Below, piece after piece: positions 1 to 10,000 of a stretch of 64,000 nucleotides of DNA. The position numbers and the translations under genes are program-made. Below the pieces are notes generated by a model, which was not told the origin of the DNA, did not search any database, and saw only the letters and a list, made by a program, of their open reading frames with translations. The stretch comes from a virus. The number at the start of each line of letters is the position of its first letter. Position 1 is the first letter of the stretch. The DNA is taken from the IMG/VR virus record IMGVR_UViG_3300021141_000006, positions 2,936 to 66,935 of that record; one strand, written 5' to 3'.

Positions 1-288
1 GGTGGTCTTAGCTACGAGAGATATGGTGCTAAAGACCTTGACAATATATGGTTACACCATTACTATGTTGACCAAGTTAATGATGAGACTTGGGAGTACT
101 ATCGAGACTACGCCACAAGAGGTAGCCGGGGTAAAGATGGTAAGCAACCACTGAAGTGGATACCATTATCAAAGATGGATGACGATTACTTAGAGGCAGT
201 CCTTGATTATGGTGGGGCTGAGTGGCATCTTGACCTGATTAGAAGAGAGATTAAATACAGAGAGGATGAACGAAGTAGTAAAGTTTAA
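1..288 (+). CDS. Hypothetical phage protein, 5'-truncated
   Basis: Frame 1 is open from base 1 to TAA at 286-288 (GGLSYERYG...RGKDGKQPLKWIPLSKM...); it overlaps the next ATG. Confidence 0.75.
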   Translation, partial: GGLSYERYGAKDLDNIWLHHYYVDQVNDETWEYYRDYATRGSRGKDGKQPLKWIPLSKMDDDYLEAVLDYGGAEWHLDLIRREIKYREDERSSKV

Positions 289-619
289 AGAGAGGCTCAG
301 TAAGATTGGCATCGAGATTGAACTTATGGTAAATATTCCATGGATATATCTTGAGTCAGTCAATGGAAATAAAGTGAAAGAAGAAGACTGGATAAACGCA
401 AACCATGGGTATACCATAGGTTGGTATCCTATAAGCGTTGTTGACGAGATATCTCTTAATTGGCACGACATCAAGACAACCTTTATGCTGATCAGAAAGT
501 ACGGCCGGCCGATCCATAAGTATAACAATGGGGTAGGCGCTACGCTGTGCCACGGATGCAGAGTAGTAATATCGAATGGATTTACTAAAGACCTGAGATG
601 CGAAAAATGTAAGTTATAA
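266..619 (+). CDS. Hypothetical protein with C-terminal Zn-ribbon (CxxC...CxxC)
   Basis: 117-aa ORF with CHGC and CEKC motifs. Confidence 0.7.
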   Translation: MNEVVKFKERLSKIGIEIELMVNIPWIYLESVNGNKVKEEDWINANHGYTIGWYPISVVDEISLNWHDIKTTFMLIRKYGRPIHKYNNGVGATLCHGCRVVISNGFTKDLRCEKCKL

Positions 620-722
620 CCTACATAATCGGCAAAAAACAGACTTTATGCATATTATATTACACCTTTTAGGTTACGTTTTGTAACAAAATCAGGGTAA
701 AACCTTAAAAAATAAAAACATT

Positions 723-935
723 ATGAATCAAAAAGTAGAAGACCCAATTGTAATGTCAGTGATGACAAAGTTCTATGAACGTAGTCAAGTTGGTATTAAG
801 AAGTATAACACAATGCTCACGAGAGACGATTTAAGTACCCTAGAATGGATTTCCCACCTACAGGATGAGTTGATGGATGCCACGTTGTATTTGGAGCGCT
901 TAAAACAAGAATTTTATGAAAAAGTGGATAAGTAA
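723..935 (+). CDS. Small MazG-like / nucleotide pyrophosphohydrolase-like phage protein
   Basis: RSQVGIKKY...HLQDELMDATLYLERL motif typical of a common phage family; A-rich start. Confidence 0.6.
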   Translation: MNQKVEDPIVMSVMTKFYERSQVGIKKYNTMLTRDDLSTLEWISHLQDELMDATLYLERLKQEFYEKVDK

Positions 936-1071
936 TCACATCAGTGACCTAAACCAAGAGTTGAGGATGATCAATAAAGAACTTAAAAGACTCATTAATA
1001 AGAGGTCAATTATAAAGAGAAAAATTAAAATGTTCAACAAAGTATTAAATAACACAGATGAAACTGAATAG
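916..1071 (+). CDS. Small basic coiled-coil protein (51 aa)
   Basis: Hand-translated MKKWISNHISDLNQELR...TDETE*; overlaps both neighbours. Confidence 0.55.
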   Translation: MKKWISNHISDLNQELRMINKELKRLINKRSIIKRKIKMFNKVLNNTDETE

Positions 1072-1177
1072 ACAAGACCGCAGAGAAGAAATGGCAGCGT
1101 ATGGAACAATGTTTTTATTGGCAGTTGTATCAATCGTTTGTATCATCGTACTCATAACAACATTGATGTATGGATAG
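1058..1177 (+). CDS. Small membrane protein (39 aa)
   Basis: MKLNRQDRREEMAAYGTMFLLAVVSIVCIIVLITTLMYG*; one hydrophobic helix. Confidence 0.55.
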   Translation: MKLNRQDRREEMAAYGTMFLLAVVSIVCIIVLITTLMYG

Positions 1178-1250
1178 AAGATATGAAATGATGCTGTGCT
1201 TCCTATCAGGAATAACAGTTGGATATATAATGTTTAATGTATTACTATGA
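1170..1250 (+). CDS. Hydrophobic micro-peptide (26 aa)
   Basis: MDRRYEMMLCFLSGITVGYIMFNVLL*; overlaps the upstream stop and has an ATGA overlap downstream. Confidence 0.4.
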   Translation: MDRRYEMMLCFLSGITVGYIMFNVLL

Positions 1251-1321
1251 TCTATACCATCTACAAGTTAGCCGTAGTGCTTACCTTCTTTTACGTCTTG
1301 TTCAAAGATGCATTCAAATAA
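1247..1321 (+). CDS. Hydrophobic micro-peptide (24 aa)
   Basis: MIYTIYKLAVVLTFFYVLFKDAFK*; ATGA coupling. Confidence 0.4.
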   Translation: MIYTIYKLAVVLTFFYVLFKDAFK

Positions 1322-1322
1322 A

Positions 1323-1478
1323 TGTGTCAAATTAAGCATTCCCTATTTATATATATATTTTTATATATAATATTATTTTTTTTCTAAATCTAAAAGAAAA
1401 AAATAACTGACATAATCGACACATAGTAATAAAATCAGTACCTTTGACAATTCAAATCGACAACTAAAACGACACACT
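1323..1478. other. AT-rich origin-like element A with GACA-core repeats
   Basis: TGTCA..TTCCCTAT, (AT)n, T/A tracts, then CTGACATAATCGACAC, TTGACA, ATCGACA, ACGACAC; directly upstream of the primase-helicase gene; homologous to 56709-56830. Confidence 0.5.
1439..1446 (+). promoter_or_regulatory. Bacteroidota -7 promoter element TACCTTTG
   Basis: Matches TAnnTTTG about 33 bp upstream of the ATG at 1480. Confidence 0.55.
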
Positions 1479-1479
1479 T

Positions 1480-3897
1480 ATGTTAAAATACGTCACAATC
1501 TTCCAAAATATTAAGGAAACCTCTACTCCGTTCTTCAGAGATGTTAGTGTAATTCTTGATAGAGTTAAGGAAGGGGCTTCAAAGGACCTCGTAAAACGGA
1601 TACGTTCTGAGAAGAAGAAGCCCGAGAGAAACGAGCTAAAGAAATTGCTTCCGGCAATATGTTTTAGCGGAACATTCAACAAGCGATCTGATGATGCAAT
1701 CACTGAGCACAGTGGTCTAATATGTTTAGACTTCGATGGCTACGAGCGTCAGAAGGATTTACTCAACGACAAGGAGACATTCACAAAGAACAAGTATGTA
1801 TACTCTGTCTTTATCTCTCCATCAGGCAATGGCCTAAAGGTATTGGTTAAGATACCTGCAGATGCCGAGAACCACACCAACTACTTCAATAGCTTAGAAA
1901 GATACTTCAACTCCCCATACTTCGACAAGACATCCAAAAACATTAGTCGTGTGTGCTACGAGTCATACGACCCGCTCATCTACATCAATGAGCATTCATC
2001 ACTATGGGACAAGATTGAGGAACCTGAGTACAATGAGGTGGTCAAGCACCGTGATGCTCCAACCATTCCAATCACTGACGAAAACAAGATTGTTGAAATC
2101 TTGGTCAAGTGGTGGCTAAAGAAATACCCAATGGTTGAAGGTCAGCGTAACGCCAACGTATTTGTCTTGGCATCAGCGTTCAATGACTTTGGTGTCAACA
2201 AAAGCTTAGCGGCATACGTACTCAACCAATACGCCACACAAGACTTTGATATCGGTGAGATACAGCGCACCATTGACTCAGCATATGCACGAACGCAGAA
2301 CTTTGGCACCAAGTACTACGAGGACGAAGAGCGCATCAATCAGATACGTGCTAAGCTAAGACGTGGTGTATCACGCAAAGAGATACGCAATCAGCTCAAT
2401 GATACCAACCTTGATGGTGACGTCATTGAGTCAGTGCTCAATAAAGTTGAGGAAGAGAATTCAAAGCAGACCTTTTGGACCAAGAACGAAAAGGGGGCTA
2501 TAAAAATCGTACACATCCTGTTCAAGCAGTTCTTGGAAGACAACGGGTTCTATAAGTACTGCCCTGAAGGTGGTAAGAACTATGTCTTTGTGAAGGTAAC
2601 CAACAACCTCATCGACCATACCTCAGAGAAAGAGATTAAGGACTTCGTGCTCAACCACCTCATTGAGTTGGATGACATGACAATCTACAACTACTTCGCT
2701 GACCAAACAAGATTCTTTAAGGAGGAGTTCCTATCAATGATCAATACCATTGACATCTACTTTATTGAGGATACACGCAATGCATCATACCTCTACTACC
2801 GCAACTGTGCCGTCAAGATATCTAAGGGTGAGATTATTCCAATTGATTACTTAGACCTTGGTGGCTATGTTTGGAAGGACCACATCATTGACCGTAATTA
2901 CATTGGATGCGAAGTTGGTATCTGTGACTTCAGAACATTCATCAGCAACATCTGCGGTGGAGATGAGAGTCGTGTTGCATCAATGGAGAGTACAATTGGT
3001 TTTATGCTGCACGCATACAAGACCCGTGAGTACTGCCCGGCCATCATCCTCAATGATGAGGTGATCAGTGACAACCCTGAGGGTGGTACCGGTAAGGGTC
3101 TATTTATGAATGCGCTTAGTCAAATGAAGAAGGTCGTCACTATTGACGGTAAGTCTTTTACATTTGAGCGCAGCTTTGCCTATCAGTTGGTATCAGCAGA
3201 TACGCAGATACTTGTGTTCGATGACGTCAAGAAACACTTTGACTTCGAACGCTTGTTCAGTGTAGTGACTGAGGGTCTGACTTTAGAGAAGAAGAACAAG
3301 GACGCTATCAAGATACCATTCGAAAAGTCACCTAAGATTGCCATTACTACTAATTATGCCATAAAGGGGTCCGGTAATTCATTTGCACGTCGCAAGTGGG
3401 AGCTAGAGCTACATCAGTATTACTCGAAAGAGTTCACTCCATTGGATGAATTCAAGAAGTTGATGTTCGGTGATTGGGGTGATGATGAGTGGTGTCAGTT
3501 CGACAACTACATGATTGGCTGCTTGCAGGGATACCTCAACACAGGATTAGTTAAGAGCAAGTTTGTCAATCTCAATGTTCGTCAGCTATCAGCTGAGACA
3601 TGCCACGACTTCATCGAGTGGTGTGGGTTGGTTGACAATGCTGCTCCGAATGGCCTTCTTGATCCGGGTAATCGAGTGTACAAGCAAGACCTATACAATG
3701 AGTTCATCTCTGAGTATCCTGACTACGGTCCTAAGTCACGCATGACAATTAGCCGCACACGATTCTACAAGTGGCTTACTGCTTATGCTATGTTCAAGGA
3801 AGGTGTTCCACCTGAAGAGGGACGTGATCAACAAGGACGATGGATACGCATCAGACGTAAGCATGAACTTGAATACCAAGATACAATGCCATTCTAA
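1480..3897 (+). CDS. Primase-polymerase (BT4734/VirE-N-like) fused to primase C-terminal domain and SF3 helicase
   Basis: SGLICLDFD and FISPSGNGLK prim-pol motifs; EGQRN PriCT-like motif; Walker A GGTGKG, Walker B LVFDD, ITTNY motif C. Confidence 0.88.
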   Translation: MLKYVTIFQNIKETSTPFFRDVSVILDRVKEGASKDLVKRIRSEKKKPERNELKKLLPAICFSGTFNKRSDDAITEHSGLICLDFDGYERQKDLLNDKETFTKNKYVYSVFISPSGNGLKVLVKIPADAENHTNYFNSLERYFNSPYFDKTSKNISRVCYESYDPLIYINEHSSLWDKIEEPEYNEVVKHRDAPTIPITDENKIVEILVKWWLKKYPMVEGQRNANVFVLASAFNDFGVNKSLAAYVLNQYATQDFDIGEIQRTIDSAYARTQNFGTKYYEDEERINQIRAKLRRGVSRKEIRNQLNDTNLDGDVIESVLNKVEEENSKQTFWTKNEKGAIKIVHILFKQFLEDNGFYKYCPEGGKNYVFVKVTNNLIDHTSEKEIKDFVLNHLIELDDMTIYNYFADQTRFFKEEFLSMINTIDIYFIEDTRNASYLYYRNCAVKISKGEIIPIDYLDLGGYVWKDHIIDRNYIGCEVGICDFRTFISNICGGDESRVASMESTIGFMLHAYKTREYCPAIILNDEVISDNPEGGTGKGLFMNALSQMKKVVTIDGKSFTFERSFAYQLVSADTQILVFDDVKKHFDFERLFSVVTEGLTLEKKNKDAIKIPFEKSPKIAITTNYAIKGSGNSFARRKWELELHQYYSKEFTPLDEFKKLMFGDWGDDEWCQFDNYMIGCLQGYLNTGLVKSKFVNLNVRQLSAETCHDFIEWCGLVDNAAPNGLLDPGNRVYKQDLYNEFISEYPDYGPKSRMTISRTRFYKWLTAYAMFKEGVPPEEGRDQQGRWIRIRRKHELEYQDTMPF

Positions 3898-5381
3898 TGG
3901 CTATGGACTACAAGGGCTTGGGTGTTATTGATCGACTCCCAAGCTACTCCAATGAAAAGATGTTGCAATATAGCGAGCAACTACACAAAGTGATGACCCA
4001 AAAAGTTCCTGTGAAAGTTGGCAGAGGTAAGGCTGCTCGCATTGAGTACGAGCTAAAGTACAAGCGCAATGGGGACATCATTGAGAAGATGGAGAACAGC
4101 ATCAAATACTACAAACATTTATACGATAATGAGATGAGTAATACTATTGAACTAAGGCAATACCAAAAGGACATTGTTGAGAAGGCGTGTGAGATTATAA
4201 GAGTAAACAAATTTGTTTACTTGGCAATGGAGGTTCGCACCGGCAAAACACTTACAAGCCTAAGCATATGCGACAACCTAGAGAGTGTGAGCAACGTGCT
4301 GTTCCTTACAAAGAAGAAAGCAATCAAGTCTATTACTGATGATAGTGAGAAGATAGGAGGTGAATACAACCTCCACGTCATAAACTACGAGAGCATCCAC
4401 AAACTACCGGACGTTCGATGGGACGTAGTTGTGTTGGATGAGGCGCATGGCATGGGAGCGTTCCCTAAGCCTAGTGGACGTGCATCGGCAGTCAAGAGTT
4501 TAATTGCCAAGAATGGTTCACGCGTAATACTTCTATCGGGGACACCAACTCCTGAGTCATACTCGCAGATGTTCCATCAGGTGTATGGCATACCAACCAA
4601 CCCATTTAGAGCCTACAGCAACTTCTACAAGTTTGCCAAGGACTATGTGGATGTGAAGCAGCGCAAGATAAACGGACTGATGATCAATGATTATTCAGCA
4701 GGATACCAAACAATCATTGACAAGATGATACCATACACCATACGGTTCTCGCAGAGTGATGCCGGCTTCGTAGTAAAGACCACAGAGAAGATTATTGAGG
4801 TACCTGTTGACCCTAAGGTCAAGAGTATGATAAAGATACTCAAGAAAGATCTAGTCGTTCAAGGTAAGGAAGAGGTCATCCTTGGTGACACGTCTGTCAA
4901 GTTAATGAGCAAATTGCATCAGATGTACAGTGGTACTGTTAAGTTCGAGAGTGGTAACAGCATGGTACTTGCTACAACTAAGGCTGAGTACATTGCTGAC
5001 AACTTCAGCGACAAACGAGTTGGCATCTTCTACAAGTTCAAGGAAGAGCTTGAGGCTATCAAGTCAGTGCTTGGCGACAATGTGGCCACAACACTTGAGG
5101 ACTTTGACAACGACAAGTGTCAGCACATAGCGCTGCAGATTGTGTCAGGGCGAGAGGGTATATCTTTGAGGAGAGCTGACTGCTTGGTGTTCTACAACAT
5201 TGACTTCAGCGCCACATCATATTGGCAGGCCCGGGATAGAATGACAACTAAAGATCGTGAGGAGAACCATGTATATTGGCTATTTTCTGAGGGTGGAATT
5301 GAACACCTTGTATACAAGGCGGTATCCAAAAAGAAGGACTACACAGTATCACATTTCAAAAGAGATTTGCTAACTTTATAG
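3897..5381 (+). CDS. SF2 (SNF2/DEAH-like) helicase with about 80-aa N-terminal extension
   Basis: LRQYQ Q-motif, RTGKT, VVLDEAH, LSGTP, EGISL, QARDR. Confidence 0.88.
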   Translation: MAMDYKGLGVIDRLPSYSNEKMLQYSEQLHKVMTQKVPVKVGRGKAARIEYELKYKRNGDIIEKMENSIKYYKHLYDNEMSNTIELRQYQKDIVEKACEIIRVNKFVYLAMEVRTGKTLTSLSICDNLESVSNVLFLTKKKAIKSITDDSEKIGGEYNLHVINYESIHKLPDVRWDVVVLDEAHGMGAFPKPSGRASAVKSLIAKNGSRVILLSGTPTPESYSQMFHQVYGIPTNPFRAYSNFYKFAKDYVDVKQRKINGLMINDYSAGYQTIIDKMIPYTIRFSQSDAGFVVKTTEKIIEVPVDPKVKSMIKILKKDLVVQGKEEVILGDTSVKLMSKLHQMYSGTVKFESGNSMVLATTKAEYIADNFSDKRVGIFYKFKEELEAIKSVLGDNVATTLEDFDNDKCQHIALQIVSGREGISLRRADCLVFYNIDFSATSYWQARDRMTTKDREENHVYWLFSEGGIEHLVYKAVSKKKDYTVSHFKRDLLTL

Positions 5382-5385
5382 TCAT

Positions 5386-5625
5386 ATGACTGAACAGCAA
5401 ATCCAATCTAAACTAATTAAAGAGCTTGAGGCTCAAGGGTATTACGTTATCAAGTTGATAAAGACCAATAAGAATGGGATACCTGACCTGCTTGCAATAC
5501 CAAAGAAGAGCGATGTTGAGTTCTTCGAGGTAAAGACAGGTGTTGGGAAGGTGTCTGAGTTACAAAAGTATAGACATAAAGAATTAGAAGACCATGGGAT
5601 CTACGTTGAGGTATACAGAGGGTAA
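5386..5625 (+). CDS. VRR-NUC domain nuclease
   Basis: EQQIQ...NGIPDLL...FFEVKT...SELQK. Confidence 0.85.
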   Translation: MTEQQIQSKLIKELEAQGYYVIKLIKTNKNGIPDLLAIPKKSDVEFFEVKTGVGKVSELQKYRHKELEDHGIYVEVYRG

Positions 5626-5917
5626 GGCAGTTTTGTTTGATATTGACTACCCATTTCAAAAGAAAGTAAAAAAGTATTCTGAAGAGACAATAAAACAGAT
5701 TGTCTTTCAGATTGTGGATAATGTAAATTCATTTCCAAAGGACAATGAGTACACTCAGGATGTTTACGGAGTAATAAAGGGTAAAGACCCTTTGTTTTTT
5801 ATGATTGAATACCTGAACGAAGAAGATGAGATACCATTATTGGTAGACTTCTTAGAAGTTACAGTAGATGAATACTTAGATGCAATTAACGAAAACAAAC
5901 ACTTAAAACAATTATGA
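5594..5917 (+). CDS. Hypothetical acidic protein
   Basis: 107-aa ORF overlapping both neighbours. Confidence 0.65.
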   Translation: MGSTLRYTEGKAVLFDIDYPFQKKVKKYSEETIKQIVFQIVDNVNSFPKDNEYTQDVYGVIKGKDPLFFMIEYLNEEDEIPLLVDFLEVTVDEYLDAINENKHLKQL

Positions 5918-6435
5918 ACAACGAAAGCTTTGAAACAACAAAAACACTTGAATTTGTATCTGACTTCTTAGGATTTGACTTAACTCAAAAGTGCAGAAAG
6001 AGATATATAGTCGAGGGACGAATGATGTATGCTAAGCTCATGAAGCGTTATACAAATGTGTCTTTGTCTGACATTGGTCGATCAATTGGCAAAGATCATG
6101 CTACTATTATTCATTATATTAATAACTTTGGACATCTAAAGAAAACTGATCAGCAGTTTGCCTGCAAATTTGATATGATGGCAGACACCTATGAGGAGTT
6201 CCGAGAGACATGGTTTGATGATGTAAAGTTTGATGACAAGAGAAAGATTAAAGTTCTTGAGTCGTCACTTAAAGAACTAGTAGATAAAAAGAATGAATAC
6301 GAACGATACTTCAACAAGATTAAGCGCATTGACTCAATTGTACAGATGATTGAGCAGAGGACACCAAAGGGTGAAGAGGAGTACGTTGAATCAAAAATTA
6401 ATAGAATGTTTAACTCCATAATATATAACCCATAG
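5914..6435 (+). CDS. DnaA C-terminal (domain IV)-like HTH protein
   Basis: RKRYIVEGR...SLSDIGRSIGKDHATIIHY matches the DnaA domain IV signature. Confidence 0.75.
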   Translation: MNNESFETTKTLEFVSDFLGFDLTQKCRKRYIVEGRMMYAKLMKRYTNVSLSDIGRSIGKDHATIIHYINNFGHLKKTDQQFACKFDMMADTYEEFRETWFDDVKFDDKRKIKVLESSLKELVDKKNEYERYFNKIKRIDSIVQMIEQRTPKGEEEYVESKINRMFNSIIYNP

Positions 6436-6636
6436 ATGGCAAAGGGCAGCGGTATAGAGAGAGCTAAACTCATCCTTGTTTACATGGACCGTATACACGA
6501 CTGCCTAGATGACATCTACGAGGCGCTAGTTGACCGTGAATACCAAAAGTTTAGAGACGAGGTAGAGTCAGCGATCGAGCATCTCGAGCATTTACTTGAG
6601 AAAAAAGATGACTTATTTCGAGACAGAAGAGGATAG
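6436..6636 (+). CDS. Hypothetical protein
   Basis: 66-aa ORF abutting the upstream stop. Confidence 0.65.
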   Translation: MAKGSGIERAKLILVYMDRIHDCLDDIYEALVDREYQKFRDEVESAIEHLEHLLEKKDDLFRDRRG

Positions 6637-7024
6637 GTTACGTGAGAAAAAAGCGATTGAGCGCTTCGTGTCTATCTTTGATGGCAAATACCAAAAGTTA
6701 GGCGATCACGATATTGACTACAAAGTATTTGACAGTAAAGGAGCTCTTATCTCATACGTTGAGGTAAAGGGTCGCAAGAAGAATATTGCCAATGCTTATC
6801 CGTTGCCTGTCGGATGTAGAAAACTACTGAAGCTTATTGACAAGCGTCTCAACCCTGTGGTGATTTGGGCCTGCGATGATGGCATCATCTACGGCGAGGT
6901 ACAAAAACTAAAAGGTAAAGTCCTGTTCAGTGGTAGGCAAAATAGATTAAACGCAGTTAATGACGATGAGCTAATGGCCTACTATGACAAGCAGAAAGCT
7001 TTAAAATATATTCGCTACGATTAG
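6608..7024 (+). CDS. PD-(D/E)xK-like nuclease-fold protein
   Basis: DIDYKV...YVEVKGR; ATG at 6608 preferred over the upstream GTG. Confidence 0.6.
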   Translation: MTYFETEEDRLREKKAIERFVSIFDGKYQKLGDHDIDYKVFDSKGALISYVEVKGRKKNIANAYPLPVGCRKLLKLIDKRLNPVVIWACDDGIIYGEVQKLKGKVLFSGRQNRLNAVNDDELMAYYDKQKALKYIRYD

Positions 7025-10000
7025 TCTTCTTTTTCTTTGATAAACTCATCACCACCATTCTCCATCTCACTGATGTTTGATTTACCCATGGTGCTCTTAA
7101 TGAATCCAAGTTCATTGATAAGCTCATCGTAGTCAACACCTAATCTATTAGCTGAGTTAATCAAATCCATTAGCTCCTTAGCTTTAGCAGCATACTTTTC
7201 ATTAGCTCTTACCAAAGACTGTTCTGTTTTTTTATTTTGCTCCTGAATATCTTTTTTAGTAGCCTTAGGGTCTTCTTCAATCTCAAGACTCTTGTAATAC
7301 TCAGAGTTGTAGATTTTTCTGATATCTTTGAATGACTCATCAAACTCAGCAAGTTTATATCCAAACTGCTCCTTAACATCTGACTTTCTTACTTTAAGAC
7401 CTGTTGCATCTCCAAAAGCAATTTGACCTAGTGATTGTTCACTAGCAGCCGCTTTTCTTATTGACGTAATTGTTCCCGGTTCAACAACTTTATACACATA
7501 ATCTAATATCTTATCTGCCTTCTCAGAAAACGAATCTTCTTCGTTATAGATTGGCTTTCCGAAGTCATTCTCATTTCCTTTCAATTGAATAGCAAGGTTG
7601 GTTAAGATATCCGGGCCTTGGAATTGACCAACTAATTCAAGTGTTGATTGCTTGAATGAGTCAAGTAAGTCATCTCCTTTTAAAAATGCATTGAGTGCTT
7701 TATTGAGTCCACCGTGTGGATCAGATGCGCTAAAGTCAATATATTCAATCTGACCATCAGCAGCTTTTAATATGATAAGATCAGAGTTCTGAGACCAAGG
7801 AGGTAAGAAACTTCTTACGTCCTTTTCTTTTTTCTTCTCATCATCATCATCAAATAAAGCGCTAAGTACACCTCCAATACCTGTTCCTGCTGCATATCCT
7901 AAGTAAGAGAGCATAGCTGTCTTAGCGGCAAGATAGGAAGACGCACCTGCAACTCTCCTTGCTCCAATATTCTTAATTTTTTTATTCTTTGAACTAAGTT
8001 CATCTTTAGCTAAAGCAATTGTATTGTAAGCAGTACGATATGATTCAGCTTGGAATGATATGAACGATCCAATAAACAATGGGAACCTTCTGAGTCTCTT
8101 GATACCCTCAGGTATTCTACTGTATGTTGGATATGTATTCTTCACATTATTCGCTGCGATGTCAGATACCTCTTGCTTTTCTTTATCAGTCAATTGGTCT
8201 TTTGACTTGTTGTAAAGCGCATCAGCATATCTATTCATCTCAGTCTCATAGGCTGCAATTTTAAACATATCATCTTCAGCTTGATATGCATCTTCCATAG
8301 CAGATATAATTTTAGATGACCTTGATGATATTGCTTGTCTGATTTTACCCATCACTCCTTTGCGCTTCTTCATTGACAATCTTCTTTCTAAGAAACCATC
8401 CATGTCAGCATCCTTGAACATATCCCTAATCTCATTGATTCCAGCTCCCTGACGCATGATGCCTGCCTTGATGTACTCATCAATCTTGGCTTCTACCTCA
8501 GGCTTACTCATTGTCTTAAGGTCTTGCGCAACAACTTTTACTGCCTTACCAATCTCAATGAGACTGTGTCCGTTTACAGCAACAAATCCTAAATTAGAAA
8601 ATATGTTCTTGGCATGGGTTGCGACAGATCCAATTGTCTTAAGCCACTTCACCAAACCCATTGCTTTGTAGTAAACCTTGATTGCTTGTTGAGCCCAATG
8701 ATCTTCACCTTGCTTACCATTATATAAATCAAATGCCTCAGCAATCTCAGGAGTGGTCATAAGACCATTTAATGGTGACATTGTATCACTTCCCTCAGAA
8801 GCAATCTCAGTGTCAAATCCTTTAGGTCTTTGCGAGTCATTCTTCTCAAAGAAGAACTTACCCATACCTGCCTCTTTGACTTGCGTCAAGAACTGATGTC
8901 TTGCAACAAGACTTGAAATATTTAACACTGTTCGTGCATAGTTCATTGCAGGGTCAGAATATTCACCCATAAGCATTCTAATCTGCTCAGGAATCTCTTT
9001 CCTTTCCTTTAATGTAGAAAGGTCCTTAGAACCAAGCTTTGCCCCTTTAACCAAAGCTCCTGTCTCAGCGTCAGCAAAATATTCATCAATCTTATTATCA
9101 ACCAATATATCTAGCGCTTCATTAATAGTTGTTCCGGTACGAGCAGCTTCAGCTTTAGCCAATGAAATCATCCCCGGTTCTGTTCTCAAGAAGTTCTTAG
9201 CAGCTTGAAGTTCTTGTTCTCCTACTTTCTGTCTGAAGTTTTTGTTGTCAAAAATTTCATAAGACCTTGTGATGTAGGTTCCCATGTTCTCTCTAATGGC
9301 ATCAGCCATATCTCCTTCAACAGCACCTGTTGTAATAAGCATTTGAGATAGTCTGTCAATGTGATTACGCATCTCATTAGCTAATCCTGCAAATCCTGCA
9401 GGAAGTTGGATTGACTTGTCACCTCTTAACGCTTTGTCGAAAGCTTTCAATAGAAGTTCTTTGTCACCGGTAAACTTATCGAATAGGACACCAAACTTCT
9501 TAGCTGTCTTAGCAGCGCGATTGGCTTCAGCAGATATCTCACCCTCCATTTTTTCTTTGTAGGTAAAACCAATCTTTGGAAGCAATCCTTTAGATGTAAG
9601 GAATTGTTGCTTAAATCTTCTAGCACCATCAACAAATCTACCTACGAGTCCTTTGACTCCTGACTTCATGAATACCTTCTGTTCCTTGGTATAGTACTTA
9701 GATAAAGCCTCAGTCATCTCCTTGTTGGTGAAACCTGCAGCCTTTCCTTCTTGTCTGATCTCAGCATCAGTTTTCCCTGCCTTAGTTCCACTATCAACAA
9801 TCTTATCAGGGCTTGTTGTCTTCTGCTTTCTTACAGCAAATTTTTGCTTAGGCTCTCTTATCATAGGGAGAGCTTCTCCTTCTTCTTCTAAAACGTAATC
9901 AATTAATTCCTCTTTGGTTTCAAACTCTCCACCAAAGGCTTCTTCTAGATTAGGAGTAAAACCATTCTTTTCATAGAAGCTTATAAGAGCTTCTTTACTA

